A stretch of DNA of 64,000 nucleotides, taken from contig OZ219754.1 of NCBI GenBank assembly GCA_964291295.2, positions 1,376,001-1,440,000 on the forward strand, in the 5' to 3' direction. The notes below the pieces were generated by a model. That model had not been told where the DNA came from. It made no database searches and saw nothing but the letters and a program-made list of their open reading frames with translations. Numbering within the stretch: position 1 is the first letter of the stretch; each line of letters starts with the position of its first letter. The translations under genes were made by a program, and so were the position numbers. The DNA comes from an uncultured Candidatus Binatia bacterium (GTDB lineage Bacteria; Desulfobacterota; Binatia; UBA9968; JAJDTQ01). Of the stretch, positions 26,094-39,452 are shown in pieces.

Positions 26094-28397
26094 ATGCACC
26101 TGTGGCGTTGGAAAATCCCGACGTATCTCCTGGCGGTCTGCTGCGTCCTGTTCGCCGTGACCCCGGCCCGGTCCGACGACGGCAGGGAGCGCATCGAGGT
26201 GTCCGCGGAGGATTCCATCGAAGTGCGCGGGAAAGGCGACACCGTCGAGGCCAGGGGCAACGTGGAGATCCGGCGGCGCGAGTCGGTCCTTGGCGCGGAG
26301 TCCGTGGAGTTCGACTCGTCGAAGCGGACCTTGCGTGCGCGGGGCTCGGTCTATCTGCGTGATCCGCGGTATCGGCTCAGGGCCTCCGAGCTCGATATGG
26401 ACCTGGCGGATGAGACGGGCAGGCTGCGGGACGCCGAGGTCTTCATCAAGGACGGCAATCTGAGCCTCGGCGGCAGGCGGGTGGAAAAGTTCGCCGGACA
26501 AGCGTACGCGGTCGAAGAGGGGCACTTCACCACGTGTCTCTGCGAGGAAGGCGCGCCGCCCTGGCGTATCGGCGCCCGCGAGATCCGATTGGACGAGGCC
26601 GGCAGGGCGGCGGCCCGGGAGGTCACCTTTTACGTCTACGATGTGCCGGTGCTGTACCTGCCCCGTGCGACGTTCCCTTCGTTGGCGCCGCGGGCGACAG
26701 GCCTGCTGGTTCCTTCGTTCGGCTGGTCCGACCACGCCGGGCTTCGCTACCGCCAGCCCTTCTTCTGGGCCGTCGACAAGAGCAATGATCTGACGGTGAA
26801 CCTCGCGGTGGAGTCCAAGGCCCGTGCCGGCTTCACCGGCCAGTACCGCACCATCCTCGACTCCGGGACCGACGGGCGTCTGGATCTCTCCTGGTTCCAC
26901 GAGCGGATGCGCCGGAGCCGGTCCGTGGAGGCGGTGCCGGCGGCGGATGCCACGATACCGTCGGACCGGTGGAGCGTCGCGCTGACGCACCGGCACCGCG
27001 CACCATCGGGTTGGACGACCTTCAGCGACGCGGCTCTCTACAGCGACAGCTTCGTGACCCGGGAACTCATGGACTTCACCGACCTGGACGCCGGCGCGCG
27101 GAGGCGCGCCCGGACAAGCCGTTCCAGCGTGTCGCGGCTGGGATTCTACCGGCACGCGTCCGGGATGACGCTGAAGGGTGAACTGGACTATCTGCAGGAC
27201 TTGGTCCAGCCGCAGCCCCGGGCGCTCCACCGGATGCCCCACCTTGCCTTCAGCGCCGTCCGTCCCTTGGGCGGTCAGCTCGAACTGGGATGGGACACCA
27301 CGCTGACCCGTTACGCGAGGCAGGAGTTGGCGGATGGCCTGAGAGTCGACATCCGTCCCGAACTGACCTGGCCGGTCACGGTGGGGCGTCACTTCAGACT
27401 CGCCGGCAGCCTCGCCCTGCGCGAGACCCTGTACCACCTGGACGCCGTCGGCGGGAAGTTCGATGCCGGGCGCAGCGACTACTCCGGCGAGTTCGCCCGC
27501 AACAGCTCCCGGGAACTGGTGGAGTTCCGGTCGACACTGTCCACGTCGTTGAGCCGCATGTATGACTGGAACACCGGCGTGCGGCATGTGGTAGAGCCCG
27601 CCGTCGAGTATTGGTTCATTCCCGCGACGAATCAGCGGGATATTCCGGTCTGGGACAGCATCGACCGGATCAATCGCCGCAACCGGCTCACGTTGTCGCT
27701 GCACAATCGTTTCTGGATGAGGCAGGGCGCGGACGGTCTGACGGCTCCCGATGACGGCGGTACCGCCGAAGCCGGGGGCGGCAGCAGTCCGGCGGTGGTG
27801 GCCGCGGTCGCCCAGGCCCGGGTGGCGGCGAGCCTGGACCTGGACCGTGCCCGCAAGGAAGAGGAGGACACCCTTTCCGACCTGGAGGTTGAACTGGGCC
27901 TCCACCCGGCGGACCATCTGGATATCGCGGTACGGCTGGGCGTTGATCCGGGACCGTGGAGTCTGCGCGAGGCCGCCGCGGAGTTCACCTTTTCCGATGC
28001 CGCCTCCCCCCGGAGCCGGGTGCCGGACAGTGATTTCCGCCGGCCCAACGGTCTTTCGCTGAGCTACCGTCACATCCGGGCGAACCCGCTTTCGCCTCTG
28101 TGGCAAGACGCCAATCTTGATCTGCTCGCGGACTGTCCCGGCGACCCCCGGTGCCTGCCGCGGGAAAACCTTGATGCGGTGCAGGCCAGCGCTCTGCTGC
28201 GCCTGTCGGATCGCCTCCTGCTGCTCTACGACGGCAACTACGATGGTGCCTCCGGCCGGTTGACGCGCAATCAGGTGGGCCTCAAGTATCTCTCGCGGTG
28301 CCGCTGCTGGAGCGTGGCCACATTCGTGGACATGCGCACCGACCCGGACCGGACGCTTCTGGCGGTCAAGTTCAATCTCCTGGGACCGGGTTTCTGA
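26094..28397 (+). CDS. lptD: LPS-assembly outer membrane protein LptD
   Basis: Signal peptide; OstA-like N-domain (ARGNVEI, FTTC...PWRIGA); VPVLYLP...RATGLLVPS; beta-barrel with HVVEP. Confidence 0.8.
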   Translation: MHLWRWKIPTYLLAVCCVLFAVTPARSDDGRERIEVSAEDSIEVRGKGDTVEARGNVEIRRRESVLGAESVEFDSSKRTLRARGSVYLRDPRYRLRASELDMDLADETGRLRDAEVFIKDGNLSLGGRRVEKFAGQAYAVEEGHFTTCLCEEGAPPWRIGAREIRLDEAGRAAAREVTFYVYDVPVLYLPRATFPSLAPRATGLLVPSFGWSDHAGLRYRQPFFWAVDKSNDLTVNLAVESKARAGFTGQYRTILDSGTDGRLDLSWFHERMRRSRSVEAVPAADATIPSDRWSVALTHRHRAPSGWTTFSDAALYSDSFVTRELMDFTDLDAGARRRARTSRSSVSRLGFYRHASGMTLKGELDYLQDLVQPQPRALHRMPHLAFSAVRPLGGQLELGWDTTLTRYARQELADGLRVDIRPELTWPVTVGRHFRLAGSLALRETLYHLDAVGGKFDAGRSDYSGEFARNSSRELVEFRSTLSTSLSRMYDWNTGVRHVVEPAVEYWFIPATNQRDIPVWDSIDRINRRNRLTLSLHNRFWMRQGADGLTAPDDGGTAEAGGGSSPAVVAAVAQARVAASLDLDRARKEEEDTLSDLEVELGLHPADHLDIAVRLGVDPGPWSLREAAAEFTFSDAASPRSRVPDSDFRRPNGLSLSYRHIRANPLSPLWQDANLDLLADCPGDPRCLPRENLDAVQASALLRLSDRLLLLYDGNYDGASGRLTRNQVGLKYLSRCRCWSVATFVDMRTDPDRTLLAVKFNLLGPGF

Positions 28398-28429
28398 CAG
28401 CGGCCCGGTTTTTGCGTTCCAGCAAGGCC

Positions 28430-30487
28430 ATGGTCTCCAAGTGGTTGCGAATCGTTGCATGGCTGGCGTTGGGAGTCTGTCCGTGGGCAGACCCGGGTCC
28501 GGCTCGGGGACGGGAAGCCGCCCCGCCCGGCGTCGTGGTGCCCGCACCCGCCGGCGCCCCCGACTTGGTGACGTTGCACTTCGACGCCGTCGACCTGGTG
28601 GATGTCATCCACGTACTGGCGCGGCACCTGCGCCTCAACTACGTCATCGACCCCGAGGTTCAGGGCGTTGTCACCATCTCAGGCGGACAAGGCGTCAAGA
28701 GGGAAGACCTCCTCTCGATCTTCCACGAGGTCCTGAGGATCCACGGCGCCGTCGCGGTCAAACAGGGCGCGCTCTACCGCATCACGCCCATGGACAGGGC
28801 ACCCGGCCTGGCGGTACTTGGCGGTGCCGGGGGCTCCGGCCTCGTGATGCGGATTCTGCCGGTACGCTATTTCCCGGTGACCGTCATCAAGCGGTTGCTG
28901 GAGCCCTTCATGAGCCAAAGCGGGACGGTCCTCGATCATGTACACGGCAACTATCTGGTGGTTGTCGATCTGCCGTCAAATATTCGACGTTTGTCGGAGA
29001 TACAGACCTTGATCGATGTCGAGACATTCGCCGGCACCCGAATGGAGCTGTACAAGCCGAAGGTGGCCGCAGCCCATGAACTCGCGCGCGAGATGTCCGC
29101 GGCCATGCGTTTCTCCGGTGCGGCGGCCCAGGGCGAGACCTTCGCCGCGCGTTTCCTGCCGCTGCCGCGGATCAATCAACTCCTGGTCATCGCCTACAGC
29201 GAGGCGGCCTGGAGTTATGTGAAGCACTGGATCGAGCGCATCGACGTGGCGGATGAGGATCCGGGACGCAAACTCTTCATCCGGCCCATCGAGAACCGCG
29301 AGGCCAAGGAGCTGGCGCGGGTTCTGAACCAGGTTTACGGGGCTCGGCGGTCTTCTTCCGGCGCACCGGCCGCCCGGCCGGTCACCCGGCCCGGTGCCGG
29401 TGCGGACTCCCTGCGGGGACCGGAAGGGGGGCGCGGTGCCGGTTCCCTCTCCGGGCGAGTCCCGTCCAGGAAGGGAGCGGCGGCCACGCTGACCGGCGGG
29501 GCGGAGTCCGGCGGCCCGCCGGTGTCGAGGCCACCCGCGCCCGGTTCCGGTGAAGGTGTCCGCGTGGTGGCGGAGCCGGACACCAACTCGCTGGTGATTC
29601 TGGCGACCGCCGGGGAATACGCCGACATCGCCGGGGTCCTCGAAAGGCTGGATCTGGTCCCGTGTCAGGTGCTCATGGAGGTGCTGGTGGCCGAGGTGAC
29701 GCTGACCGACGACTTCGAGTTCGGCGTGGAGTATGCGCTCAGCAGGGGCGGCTTCAGTCCCCGGGCGGCGGATGTGGACCCGCCCGCCGCTGGCGCGGGG
29801 TTTCAGACTCTCGAGTCGGGGTTCACGTCGGTCGTCGACGCGGGCCGCGATTTTCGCCTGTTCGTCAGGGCGCTGATGCGGGACGCCCGCGTCAGGGTGT
29901 TGTCCTCGCCGCACCTCCTGGCCGTGGACAATCGGCCGGCGCGGATTCGCGTCGGCAGCGAGCAGCCGGTGGCGACGGGAACGGTGGCCTCGCAGGAGGC
30001 TCGGGTGACCACCACCACCATCGATTTCAAGAATGTCGGGCGAATTCTGACGGTTGTCCCCCAAGTCAACTCCCAGGGGTTCGTGAACCTGCAGGTCCGG
30101 GTGGAGGTGAGCGACGTGGGCGAGAGGGTCGTGGTGGGAGGCCAGTCCTTTGACGCCTTCAACGTCCGGGACGCTGAGACCACCGCTGTCCTCCAGGACG
30201 GCCAGACCCTGGTCATCGGCGGCATCATTACCGACAACGTGCGCCGGACACGCATCGGCATCCCCCTGCTCATGGATCTGCCCCTGCTGGGGCCACTCTT
30301 CCGCAGGGATCTGCAACGGTCCGACCGGACCGAACTCGTGATCCTCATCACCCCTCGCGTGATCCGCAACCGGCAGCAGGGCGAGCAGGTGACCGAGCGG
30401 TTCCTGGACAAGGTCCGGGCCGTCAGGCGGGAACTGGAGGCCGGCGGGGTGCCGCCCGGCGAAAGTTCGCGGTCCTCGGCCCGCTAG
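28430..30487 (+). CDS. gspD: Secretin, type II secretion protein D-like
   Basis: N0 domain (YVIDPEVQGVVTI), TNSLVI, QVLMEVLVAEV, GQTLVIGGII, GIPLLMDLPLLGPLF, TELVILITPRVI. Confidence 0.85.
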   Translation: MVSKWLRIVAWLALGVCPWADPGPARGREAAPPGVVVPAPAGAPDLVTLHFDAVDLVDVIHVLARHLRLNYVIDPEVQGVVTISGGQGVKREDLLSIFHEVLRIHGAVAVKQGALYRITPMDRAPGLAVLGGAGGSGLVMRILPVRYFPVTVIKRLLEPFMSQSGTVLDHVHGNYLVVVDLPSNIRRLSEIQTLIDVETFAGTRMELYKPKVAAAHELAREMSAAMRFSGAAAQGETFAARFLPLPRINQLLVIAYSEAAWSYVKHWIERIDVADEDPGRKLFIRPIENREAKELARVLNQVYGARRSSSGAPAARPVTRPGAGADSLRGPEGGRGAGSLSGRVPSRKGAAATLTGGAESGGPPVSRPPAPGSGEGVRVVAEPDTNSLVILATAGEYADIAGVLERLDLVPCQVLMEVLVAEVTLTDDFEFGVEYALSRGGFSPRAADVDPPAAGAGFQTLESGFTSVVDAGRDFRLFVRALMRDARVRVLSSPHLLAVDNRPARIRVGSEQPVATGTVASQEARVTTTTIDFKNVGRILTVVPQVNSQGFVNLQVRVEVSDVGERVVVGGQSFDAFNVRDAETTAVLQDGQTLVIGGIITDNVRRTRIGIPLLMDLPLLGPLFRRDLQRSDRTELVILITPRVIRNRQQGEQVTERFLDKVRAVRRELEAGGVPPGESSRSSAR

Positions 30488-31809
30488 CCCCGGTCCTGGC
30501 GTTTCTTCAATGCTTCCCACGCCTTGAGCCGTTCCCGGATGACCTTTTCGTGCCCTTGGTCGCTTGGCTCGTAGTAGCGGCGCCCCTTGAGTTCCGGCGG
30601 CAGATACTCCTGTTCCGTGACGTGGCCGGGAGAGTCATGCGGGTAGCGGTAGTCCGCCCCGTAGCCCAGGGATTTCATGAGGCCGGTGGGCGCATTGCGA
30701 AGGTGGAGGGGAGTGGGCAGGGAACCCTTTTCGCGCACGTCGCGGGTGGCCCCCAGCAGCGCCAGGCAGGCCGAGTTGGACTTGGGGGCGGTGGCCAGGT
30801 AGACGGCGGCCTGGCTCAAGGGGAGTCGCCCCTCCGGAAGTCCCACGAAGTGAACGGCGTCCTTGGCGGCCACCGCCACCTGCAGGGCCTGCGGGTCTGC
30901 GTTGCCGACATCCTCGGCCGCAAAGATGACCATCCGGCGGGCGATGAACAGCGGGTCTTCCCCGGCCTCGATCATGCGCACCATCCAGTAGACCGCGGCG
31001 TCGGGGTCGCTGCCGCGCAGGCTCTTGATGAAGGCGGAGACAAGGTTGTAGTGCTCGTCGCCGGACTTGTCGTGGCGCAGTTGCAGCGTCTGTTCCACGT
31101 GGGTGATCTCGATGCGCGTGACCGCGGCGTCATTGCGCGCCAGCGTCACCGCGCCATCCAGGCCGTTGAGCGCCATCCGGGCGTCTCCCTGCGCCCATTG
31201 GACCAGCATGGACCGCGCCTCCGGCACGAGGCTCAGGGGGTCATCCCAAAGTCCCCGGCCGCGTTCCGCCACGGCCCGATCGACGACCCGCGCAAGGATC
31301 TCCGGGCCCAACGGGTGCATGACGCAGACCCGGCAGCGGGAGAGCAGCGGCGCAATCAGTTCGAAGGACGGATTCTCGGTGGTGGCGCCGATCAGCGTCA
31401 GCAGCCCCGCTTCCACGTGGGGGAGAAAGGTGTCCTGCTGGGACTTGTTGAAGTGGTGGATCTCGTCCACCAGGAGAACCACCGGAACGGCGCTCCGTTG
31501 CAGCCGTCTGGCGTCCGGGAGCAGTTTCTTGAGTTCGCCGATCCCGGAGCTTACCGCGGAGAACCGGATGCAGTGCGCGTGGCAGGCATCCACCAGCAGC
31601 CGGGCGAGAGTGGTCTTGCCGCATCCCGGCGGACCCCAGAGAATGATCGACTGGAGCCGGCCGGTGTCGGCCATGCCGCGCAGCAGCTTGCCGGGACCCA
31701 GGAGGTGCTCCTGTCCCAGCACCTCGCCCAGACTGGACGGCCGCATACGCTCCGCCAGCGGGGTGTTCTTTCCAAGGCTGCGGGAACTCGTGGAGTCGAA
31801 CAATTCCAC
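30484..31809 (-). CDS. rarA: Replication-associated recombination protein A (AAA+ ATPase)
   Basis: PLAERMRP, WGPPGCGKTT, DEIHHFNKSQQD, SAFIKSLRGSDPDAA; start uncertain (31809 or 31839). Confidence 0.95.
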   Translation of the reverse strand: MELFDSTSSRSLGKNTPLAERMRPSSLGEVLGQEHLLGPGKLLRGMADTGRLQSIILWGPPGCGKTTLARLLVDACHAHCIRFSAVSSGIGELKKLLPDARRLQRSAVPVVLLVDEIHHFNKSQQDTFLPHVEAGLLTLIGATTENPSFELIAPLLSRCRVCVMHPLGPEILARVVDRAVAERGRGLWDDPLSLVPEARSMLVQWAQGDARMALNGLDGAVTLARNDAAVTRIEITHVEQTLQLRHDKSGDEHYNLVSAFIKSLRGSDPDAAVYWMVRMIEAGEDPLFIARRMVIFAAEDVGNADPQALQVAVAAKDAVHFVGLPEGRLPLSQAAVYLATAPKSNSACLALLGATRDVREKGSLPTPLHLRNAPTGLMKSLGYGADYRYPHDSPGHVTEQEYLPPELKGRRYYEPSDQGHEKVIRERLKAWEALKKRQDRG

Positions 31810-31914
31810 GGCGTCACACGTTCCGGTGCCGTCGCGCACGCCGCCCCGGGGATGAATGAGGGGGCGAGTCGCGCGCGGGCGGTTCCGGGATCGTTCGTAC
31901 AGGTCCGGGAGTCG

Positions 31915-32271
31915 TCAGCGCGACGCCCGGGGCCGGCGGTCTTCTTCCAGACGAGCCCGTTTGCCGGAGAGGTTTCTCAGGTAGTACAGCTTGGCCCGGC
32001 GGACCCGGCCCTGGGTGACGATCTCGACCTTTTCGATGCGCGGCGAGTGGAGCGGAAAGATGCGTTCCACGCCGACCCCGTACGAAGTCTTGCGAACCAC
32101 GAAGGTTTCACGGTTGCCGCTTCCGGAGATGGCGATCACCACGCCTTCGAAGACCTGGATGCGCTCCTTTTCGCCTTCCACGATGCGGACGTGGACGCGG
32201 ACCCGCTGTCCGGGCTTGAGCGCGGGCTTTTCCCGAGTCTGCTCCTGTTCGATTCGGTCAATGACGTTCAT
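31915..32271 (-). CDS. rplS: 50S ribosomal protein L19
   Basis: [11 protein letters not shown]...[13 protein letters not shown]...[10 protein letters not shown]. Confidence 0.98.
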   Translation of the reverse strand: MNVIDRIEQEQTREKPALKPGQRVRVHVRIVEGEKERIQVFEGVVIAISGSGNRETFVVRKTSYGVGVERIFPLHSPRIEKVEIVTQGRVRRAKLYYLRNLSGKRARLEEDRRPRASR

Positions 32272-32287
32272 CCGAGGCTCCCTTCCA

Positions 32288-33595
32288 TCAACCGTCCGGT
32301 ATGAGGTCCGGTTTGCGATCCAGCATGCGATCCAGAATGACGGCGGACGCAGCCGGTATGGAAAGATGGCTGCGGGCGTCCTTTCCCGCGATGGGTTCCA
32401 GCACCAGGTCCGACCGGGCGACGACGGCATCCGCCAGACCGAGGCCCGTCTCCGTACCGGCACCCGTGTCCGTGCCTGTACCCAGCAGAATCATGCAGGG
32501 GACATCGTCTCTTGATAGCATCTGCCGCATCTTTGCAAAAGTCATCCCGCGGGTTCCGTGACCGGACCGCGCCGAAACCGCCACCAGGCGGGGAGCCTTG
32601 CCGCATTCCCGTCGAACGTCTTCCATCGCCGCGTCCAGGTCGGCGCCGGGCCGGACCAGCGCACGGGCTTCCCCGGGGGTATGGTCGCCGGTGCCGCCGC
32701 GTTGCCGCGGGTGGATGATCCCGGCCGCCGGCTGCGGCACGCTCCCGGCCAGGTTGACCCGGTAAAGGCCCGCGACCCCGTAGGCGCGGCAGGTGCGCGC
32801 GATATCGCGCACGTCGAGGTCGGTGATGGACGAAGCGGCGGCGCCGCCGGGGCGGCCGGAAACCGGACCGTCCAAAAGGACCAGGTAAACGGTTGCCCGC
32901 GGCCCCGGCGCCTCGGACGGTGTCTTCGCCAGGAGATCGGGCCGCTGCCGGGCGGTGATCTCGATGCTCATGCGGTGCCGCCACCGGCGAATCTCCTCGT
33001 GGTCGCCCGAGAGCAGGACGTCCGGGACCTTCATGCCGCGGTATTCCGCCGGCCGGGTGTACTGCGGATATTCCAGCAGGCCGTCGGCGAACGAATCTTC
33101 GCGAGCCGACTGCTCGTTGCCCAGAACCCCCGGCACCAGCCGCGCCACCGTGTCGATGACCGCCAGCGCCGCTATCTCGCCCCCGCTCAACATGTAGTCT
33201 CCGATGGAAAGGAGGTCGTCCACATGGGCCACCACCCGCTCGTCGATTCCTTCGTAGCGGCCGCAGACCAGGACAACGGACTCATGGTCCAGCGTCGCCA
33301 CAGCGGCCTGATGGTCGAACACCCTGCCCCGGGGCGAGAGCAGGATCACCTTCGGTGTCCCGAGCCTGCGCCGGCATTCTTCGATGGCTTCGATGAGGGG
33401 CTCGGGTTTCAGCACCATGCCCTGGCCGCCGCCGTAGGGATGGTCGTCGGTGGTGCGGTGTCGGTCCCGGGCATACCGCCGCAGGTCCACCAGGTCGACG
33501 GAGACGAGCTTCCTGTCCCGGGCGCGCTTGAGGATCGTGCTGGAAAGCGGCGACTGGAAGATCTCCGGAAACAGAGTGACAACCGAGAAATGCAT
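32288..33595 (-). CDS. trmD: tRNA (guanine37-N1)-methyltransferase fused to a second SPOUT-like domain
   Basis: [27 protein letters not shown] and LEYPQYTRP motifs; after ...QRPDLL about 190 extra aa containing DLDVRDIAR and [14 protein letters not shown]. Confidence 0.93.
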   Translation of the reverse strand: MHFSVVTLFPEIFQSPLSSTILKRARDRKLVSVDLVDLRRYARDRHRTTDDHPYGGGQGMVLKPEPLIEAIEECRRRLGTPKVILLSPRGRVFDHQAAVATLDHESVVLVCGRYEGIDERVVAHVDDLLSIGDYMLSGGEIAALAVIDTVARLVPGVLGNEQSAREDSFADGLLEYPQYTRPAEYRGMKVPDVLLSGDHEEIRRWRHRMSIEITARQRPDLLAKTPSEAPGPRATVYLVLLDGPVSGRPGGAAASSITDLDVRDIARTCRAYGVAGLYRVNLAGSVPQPAAGIIHPRQRGGTGDHTPGEARALVRPGADLDAAMEDVRRECGKAPRLVAVSARSGHGTRGMTFAKMRQMLSRDDVPCMILLGTGTDTGAGTETGLGLADAVVARSDLVLEPIAGKDARSHLSIPAASAVILDRMLDRKPDLIPDG

Positions 33596-33675
33596 GGTGG
33601 GGTATGGGCATGACGGGCGATTGGGCATGACGGGCGCTTCGCGGCCCCCCGGCGTATCCGTGTCCGAACCCGGCT

Positions 33676-34188
33676 CTACAATTCCAGCAGCCCCTCGGGC
33701 GGGTCGATGGTGACGGTGCGCCGCGCTACGTCGATCTCGCGGACGAATTCCCTGACCGCGGGAACCAAGTGCTCTTTTTCCGGCGTTGCCACCACCAGCA
33801 GGTCGCCGCCCTGGGTGGGCCACACCCGGGCGATGGTGCCGATGCGACACCCCCGGGCGTCCCGGACCTCGAACCCCAGCACCTCCTCGTAGTAGTACTC
33901 GGACCCGCTCAAGGGTGCCAGGGCGTCCTGACGCGCGGAAACGCGGCAGCCCACCAGCCCCTGCGCCGCCTCCCTGTCGTCGATGCCCTCAAGCTTCAGG
34001 AGAGCGAGTCGCTTGTGTGGCCTGGCTTCCCGGACGCGGAGCGTCCGGCGGGTCTCGCCGCGGGCGAGGTCCACCTCCCGGGTCGAATAGACGGTTGAGC
34101 CTTCCGGGTTGAACAGTTTCAGCCGCAGCCAGCCGGCGACGCCGTGCGCGGCCACGATGTCGCCCAGGGCGATCCGGATGTCAGGCAA
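33676..34188 (-). CDS. rimM: 16S rRNA processing protein RimM
   Basis: HGVAG, EYYYEEVLG, LVPAV...IDPPEGLL; position in the rpsP-rimM-trmD-rplS operon. Confidence 0.93.
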   Translation of the reverse strand: MPDIRIALGDIVAAHGVAGWLRLKLFNPEGSTVYSTREVDLARGETRRTLRVREARPHKRLALLKLEGIDDREAAQGLVGCRVSARQDALAPLSGSEYYYEEVLGFEVRDARGCRIGTIARVWPTQGGDLLVVATPEKEHLVPAVREFVREIDVARRTVTIDPPEGLLEL

Positions 34189-34196
34189 GGGAAAAG

Positions 34197-34433
34197 CTAT
34201 GGCTCGTCGATGATCTCCAGGACCACCTTCCGGTGGACCCTGGCGGCGGCCGCGTTCAGGATCGTGCGGAGGGACTTGACGGTGCGCCCCTGTCTGCCGA
34301 TGATTCGACCAAGGTCCTCCCTGGCGACCTTGATCTCCACCACGGATGCGTCATCGTCCTGTCTTTCCGTGACCTCCACGGCATCGGGCTGGTTCACGAT
34401 GGACTGCGCAAGATACTGTGCCAGTTCCTTCAA
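34197..34433 (-). CDS. khpA: KH-domain RNA-binding protein
   Basis: DLGRIIGRQGRT KH motif; between rpsP and rimM. Confidence 0.9.
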   Translation of the reverse strand: MKELAQYLAQSIVNQPDAVEVTERQDDDASVVEIKVAREDLGRIIGRQGRTVKSLRTILNAAAARVHRKVVLEIIDEP

Positions 34434-34471
34434 GGCACCGGTCTCCTGATCGCCCCCGCCCTGGCGCGCGG

Positions 34472-34738
34472 CTAGCCCTCGGCCGTGGCCGCGTCCGCTT
34501 CCCGCGCCGCCCGCTTGATGAGATTGCGCACGGTCTGCGTCGGTTGCGCTCCCTGCCTGATCCAGCCTTCGACCCTGGTCTGGTCGAGCCGTACCGCGGC
34601 ATCGGGTGTCCGTGGGTCGTAAGTCCCCACCTGCTCGATGAATTTCCCGTCACGGGGATTGCGGGCGTCGGCCACCACGATACGATAGTACGGCCGCTTC
34701 CTGGCACCGTGCCGGCTCAGTCTGATCTTCACGCTCAT
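34472..34738 (-). CDS. rpsP: 30S ribosomal protein S16
   Basis: VKIRLSRHG...PYYRIVVAD...RDGKFIE. Confidence 0.98.
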   Translation of the reverse strand: MSVKIRLSRHGARKRPYYRIVVADARNPRDGKFIEQVGTYDPRTPDAAVRLDQTRVEGWIRQGAQPTQTVRNLIKRAAREADAATAEG

Positions 34739-34777
34739 GGGGTGATCTTCCTTTTCCTGGGTTCCCCAGTTCTTAGT

Positions 34778-36124
34778 TCATTGAAACGGCATTGACAAAC
34801 GGCCCGGCATGCCCCGCCGTTTGCCGCCGGACTTGTTCATGCGCTGAATCATCTTCTTCATTTCCATGAACTGTTTCATGAGGCGGTTGACGTCGGTCAC
34901 GGTGGTGCCGCTGCCCCGGGCGATGCGTTGCCGCCGGCTGCCGTTGAGCAGCGCGGGATTGCGCCGCTCCTTGAGCGTCATGGAGTTGATGATCGCCTCC
35001 ACACGCTTGAGTTCCTTTTCGGTGTTGGCCGTGTCCACCTGCTGGCCCAGCTTCCGTCCTCCGGGCAGCATGTCCAGCAGACCGCCGATGGAGCCCATCT
35101 TCTTGATGGCCTGCATCTGGGTCTGGAAGTCTTCCAGCGTGAACGCGCCCTTGCGCATCCGTTGTTCGAGCTTCGGTGCGGCCTTCCTGTCGACCGCCTG
35201 TTCCGCCTTCTCGATCAGCGACAGCACGTCGCCCATGCCGAGGATTCGCGACGCCATGCGGTCCGGAAAGAAGGGTTCCAGGGCGTCCGCCTTCTCGCCG
35301 ACGCCGACGTAAAGCACCGGCTTGCCCACCACCGCCCGTACCGACAGCGCCGCCCCGCCGCGCGCGTCGCCGTCCATCTTTGTCAGCACCACGCCGGTGA
35401 GACCCAGCGCCTGGTTGAATCCCTGCGCCTGGTTCACGGCGTCCTGTCCGATCATGGCGTCGAGGGTCAGGAGGATGTTCCGCGGCTCCAGCGCGGAGCG
35501 GATTGCCACCAGCTCCCGCATCAGTTCGTCGTCGATGTGGAGCCGCCCCGCGGTATCCACGATCAGCATGTCGCAGAGCCGCTGGTTCGCCTTGTCGAAT
35601 GCGTTACGGCAGATCTCCACCGGCGCCCGGCTGTCGCCCGAGTCGTACACCGGCAGCCCGTGCTCGTCGCACAGCGTGCGCAGCTGTTCCCTGGCGGCCG
35701 GCCGGTACACGTCCGCGGACACCAGAAAGGGGGTCCGTTTCCGCTGCTTCTTCAGGTGCAGCGCCAGCTTGACCGCGGTGCTGGTCTTGCCCGATCCCTG
35801 CAGCCCCACCAGCATCAGGACCACCGGCTGCCGCCCCTTGAGATCCACCTGGGCGGCCTCCCCGCCCAGGATCCTCACCATCTCTTCCCTGACGACCTTG
35901 ATGAGCTGCTGGTCCGGCGTGAGGCTCCGGAGCACATCCTGGCCCAGGGCCTGCGCCCGTACCGACTCCGTGAAGCTCTTGACCACCTTGTAGCTGACGT
36001 CCGCCTCCAGCAGCGCCAGCCGCACCTCGCGCAGCGACTCCGCCACGTTGGCTTCGGTGATCCTGCCGTGGCCCCTCAGCCGCTTGAACGTCTGCTCCAG
36101 CTTGTCGGTGAGATTTTCGAACAT
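34778..36124 (-). CDS. ffh: Signal recognition particle protein
   Basis: MFENLTDKL, GLQGSGKT, DTAGR, TKMDGDARGG, ILGMGD; M domain. Confidence 0.97.
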   Translation of the reverse strand: MFENLTDKLEQTFKRLRGHGRITEANVAESLREVRLALLEADVSYKVVKSFTESVRAQALGQDVLRSLTPDQQLIKVVREEMVRILGGEAAQVDLKGRQPVVLMLVGLQGSGKTSTAVKLALHLKKQRKRTPFLVSADVYRPAAREQLRTLCDEHGLPVYDSGDSRAPVEICRNAFDKANQRLCDMLIVDTAGRLHIDDELMRELVAIRSALEPRNILLTLDAMIGQDAVNQAQGFNQALGLTGVVLTKMDGDARGGAALSVRAVVGKPVLYVGVGEKADALEPFFPDRMASRILGMGDVLSLIEKAEQAVDRKAAPKLEQRMRKGAFTLEDFQTQMQAIKKMGSIGGLLDMLPGGRKLGQQVDTANTEKELKRVEAIINSMTLKERRNPALLNGSRRQRIARGSGTTVTDVNRLMKQFMEMKKMIQRMNKSGGKRRGMPGRLSMPFQ

Positions 36125-36211
36125 GACAACCAAACTGTCTGACGGGATATTTGTCTGATGGGATATTCCGAACCGACAGGATAACAATATCGTGCGCCTG
36201 TCTCAACAACG

Positions 36212-36255
36212 AAAAAAGGGTCCGGAGCCTCTCTTCGGAGACACTCCGGACCCTT
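36212..36255 (-). terminator. Intrinsic terminator of groESL
   Basis: AAGGGTCCGGAG...CTCCGGACCCTT stem with a T run on the minus strand, just after the groEL stop. Confidence 0.8.
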
Positions 36256-36274
36256 GATCCGCCGGAACGGCACG

Positions 36275-39451
<3,177 letters not shown>

Positions 39452-39452
<1 letters not shown>

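Noticed and set aside
19644-30520. Long antisense ORFs (19644-21926, 26010-28547, 28976-30520)
   Set aside because: Opposite well-supported genes; Arg/Pro/Gly-rich off-frame composition
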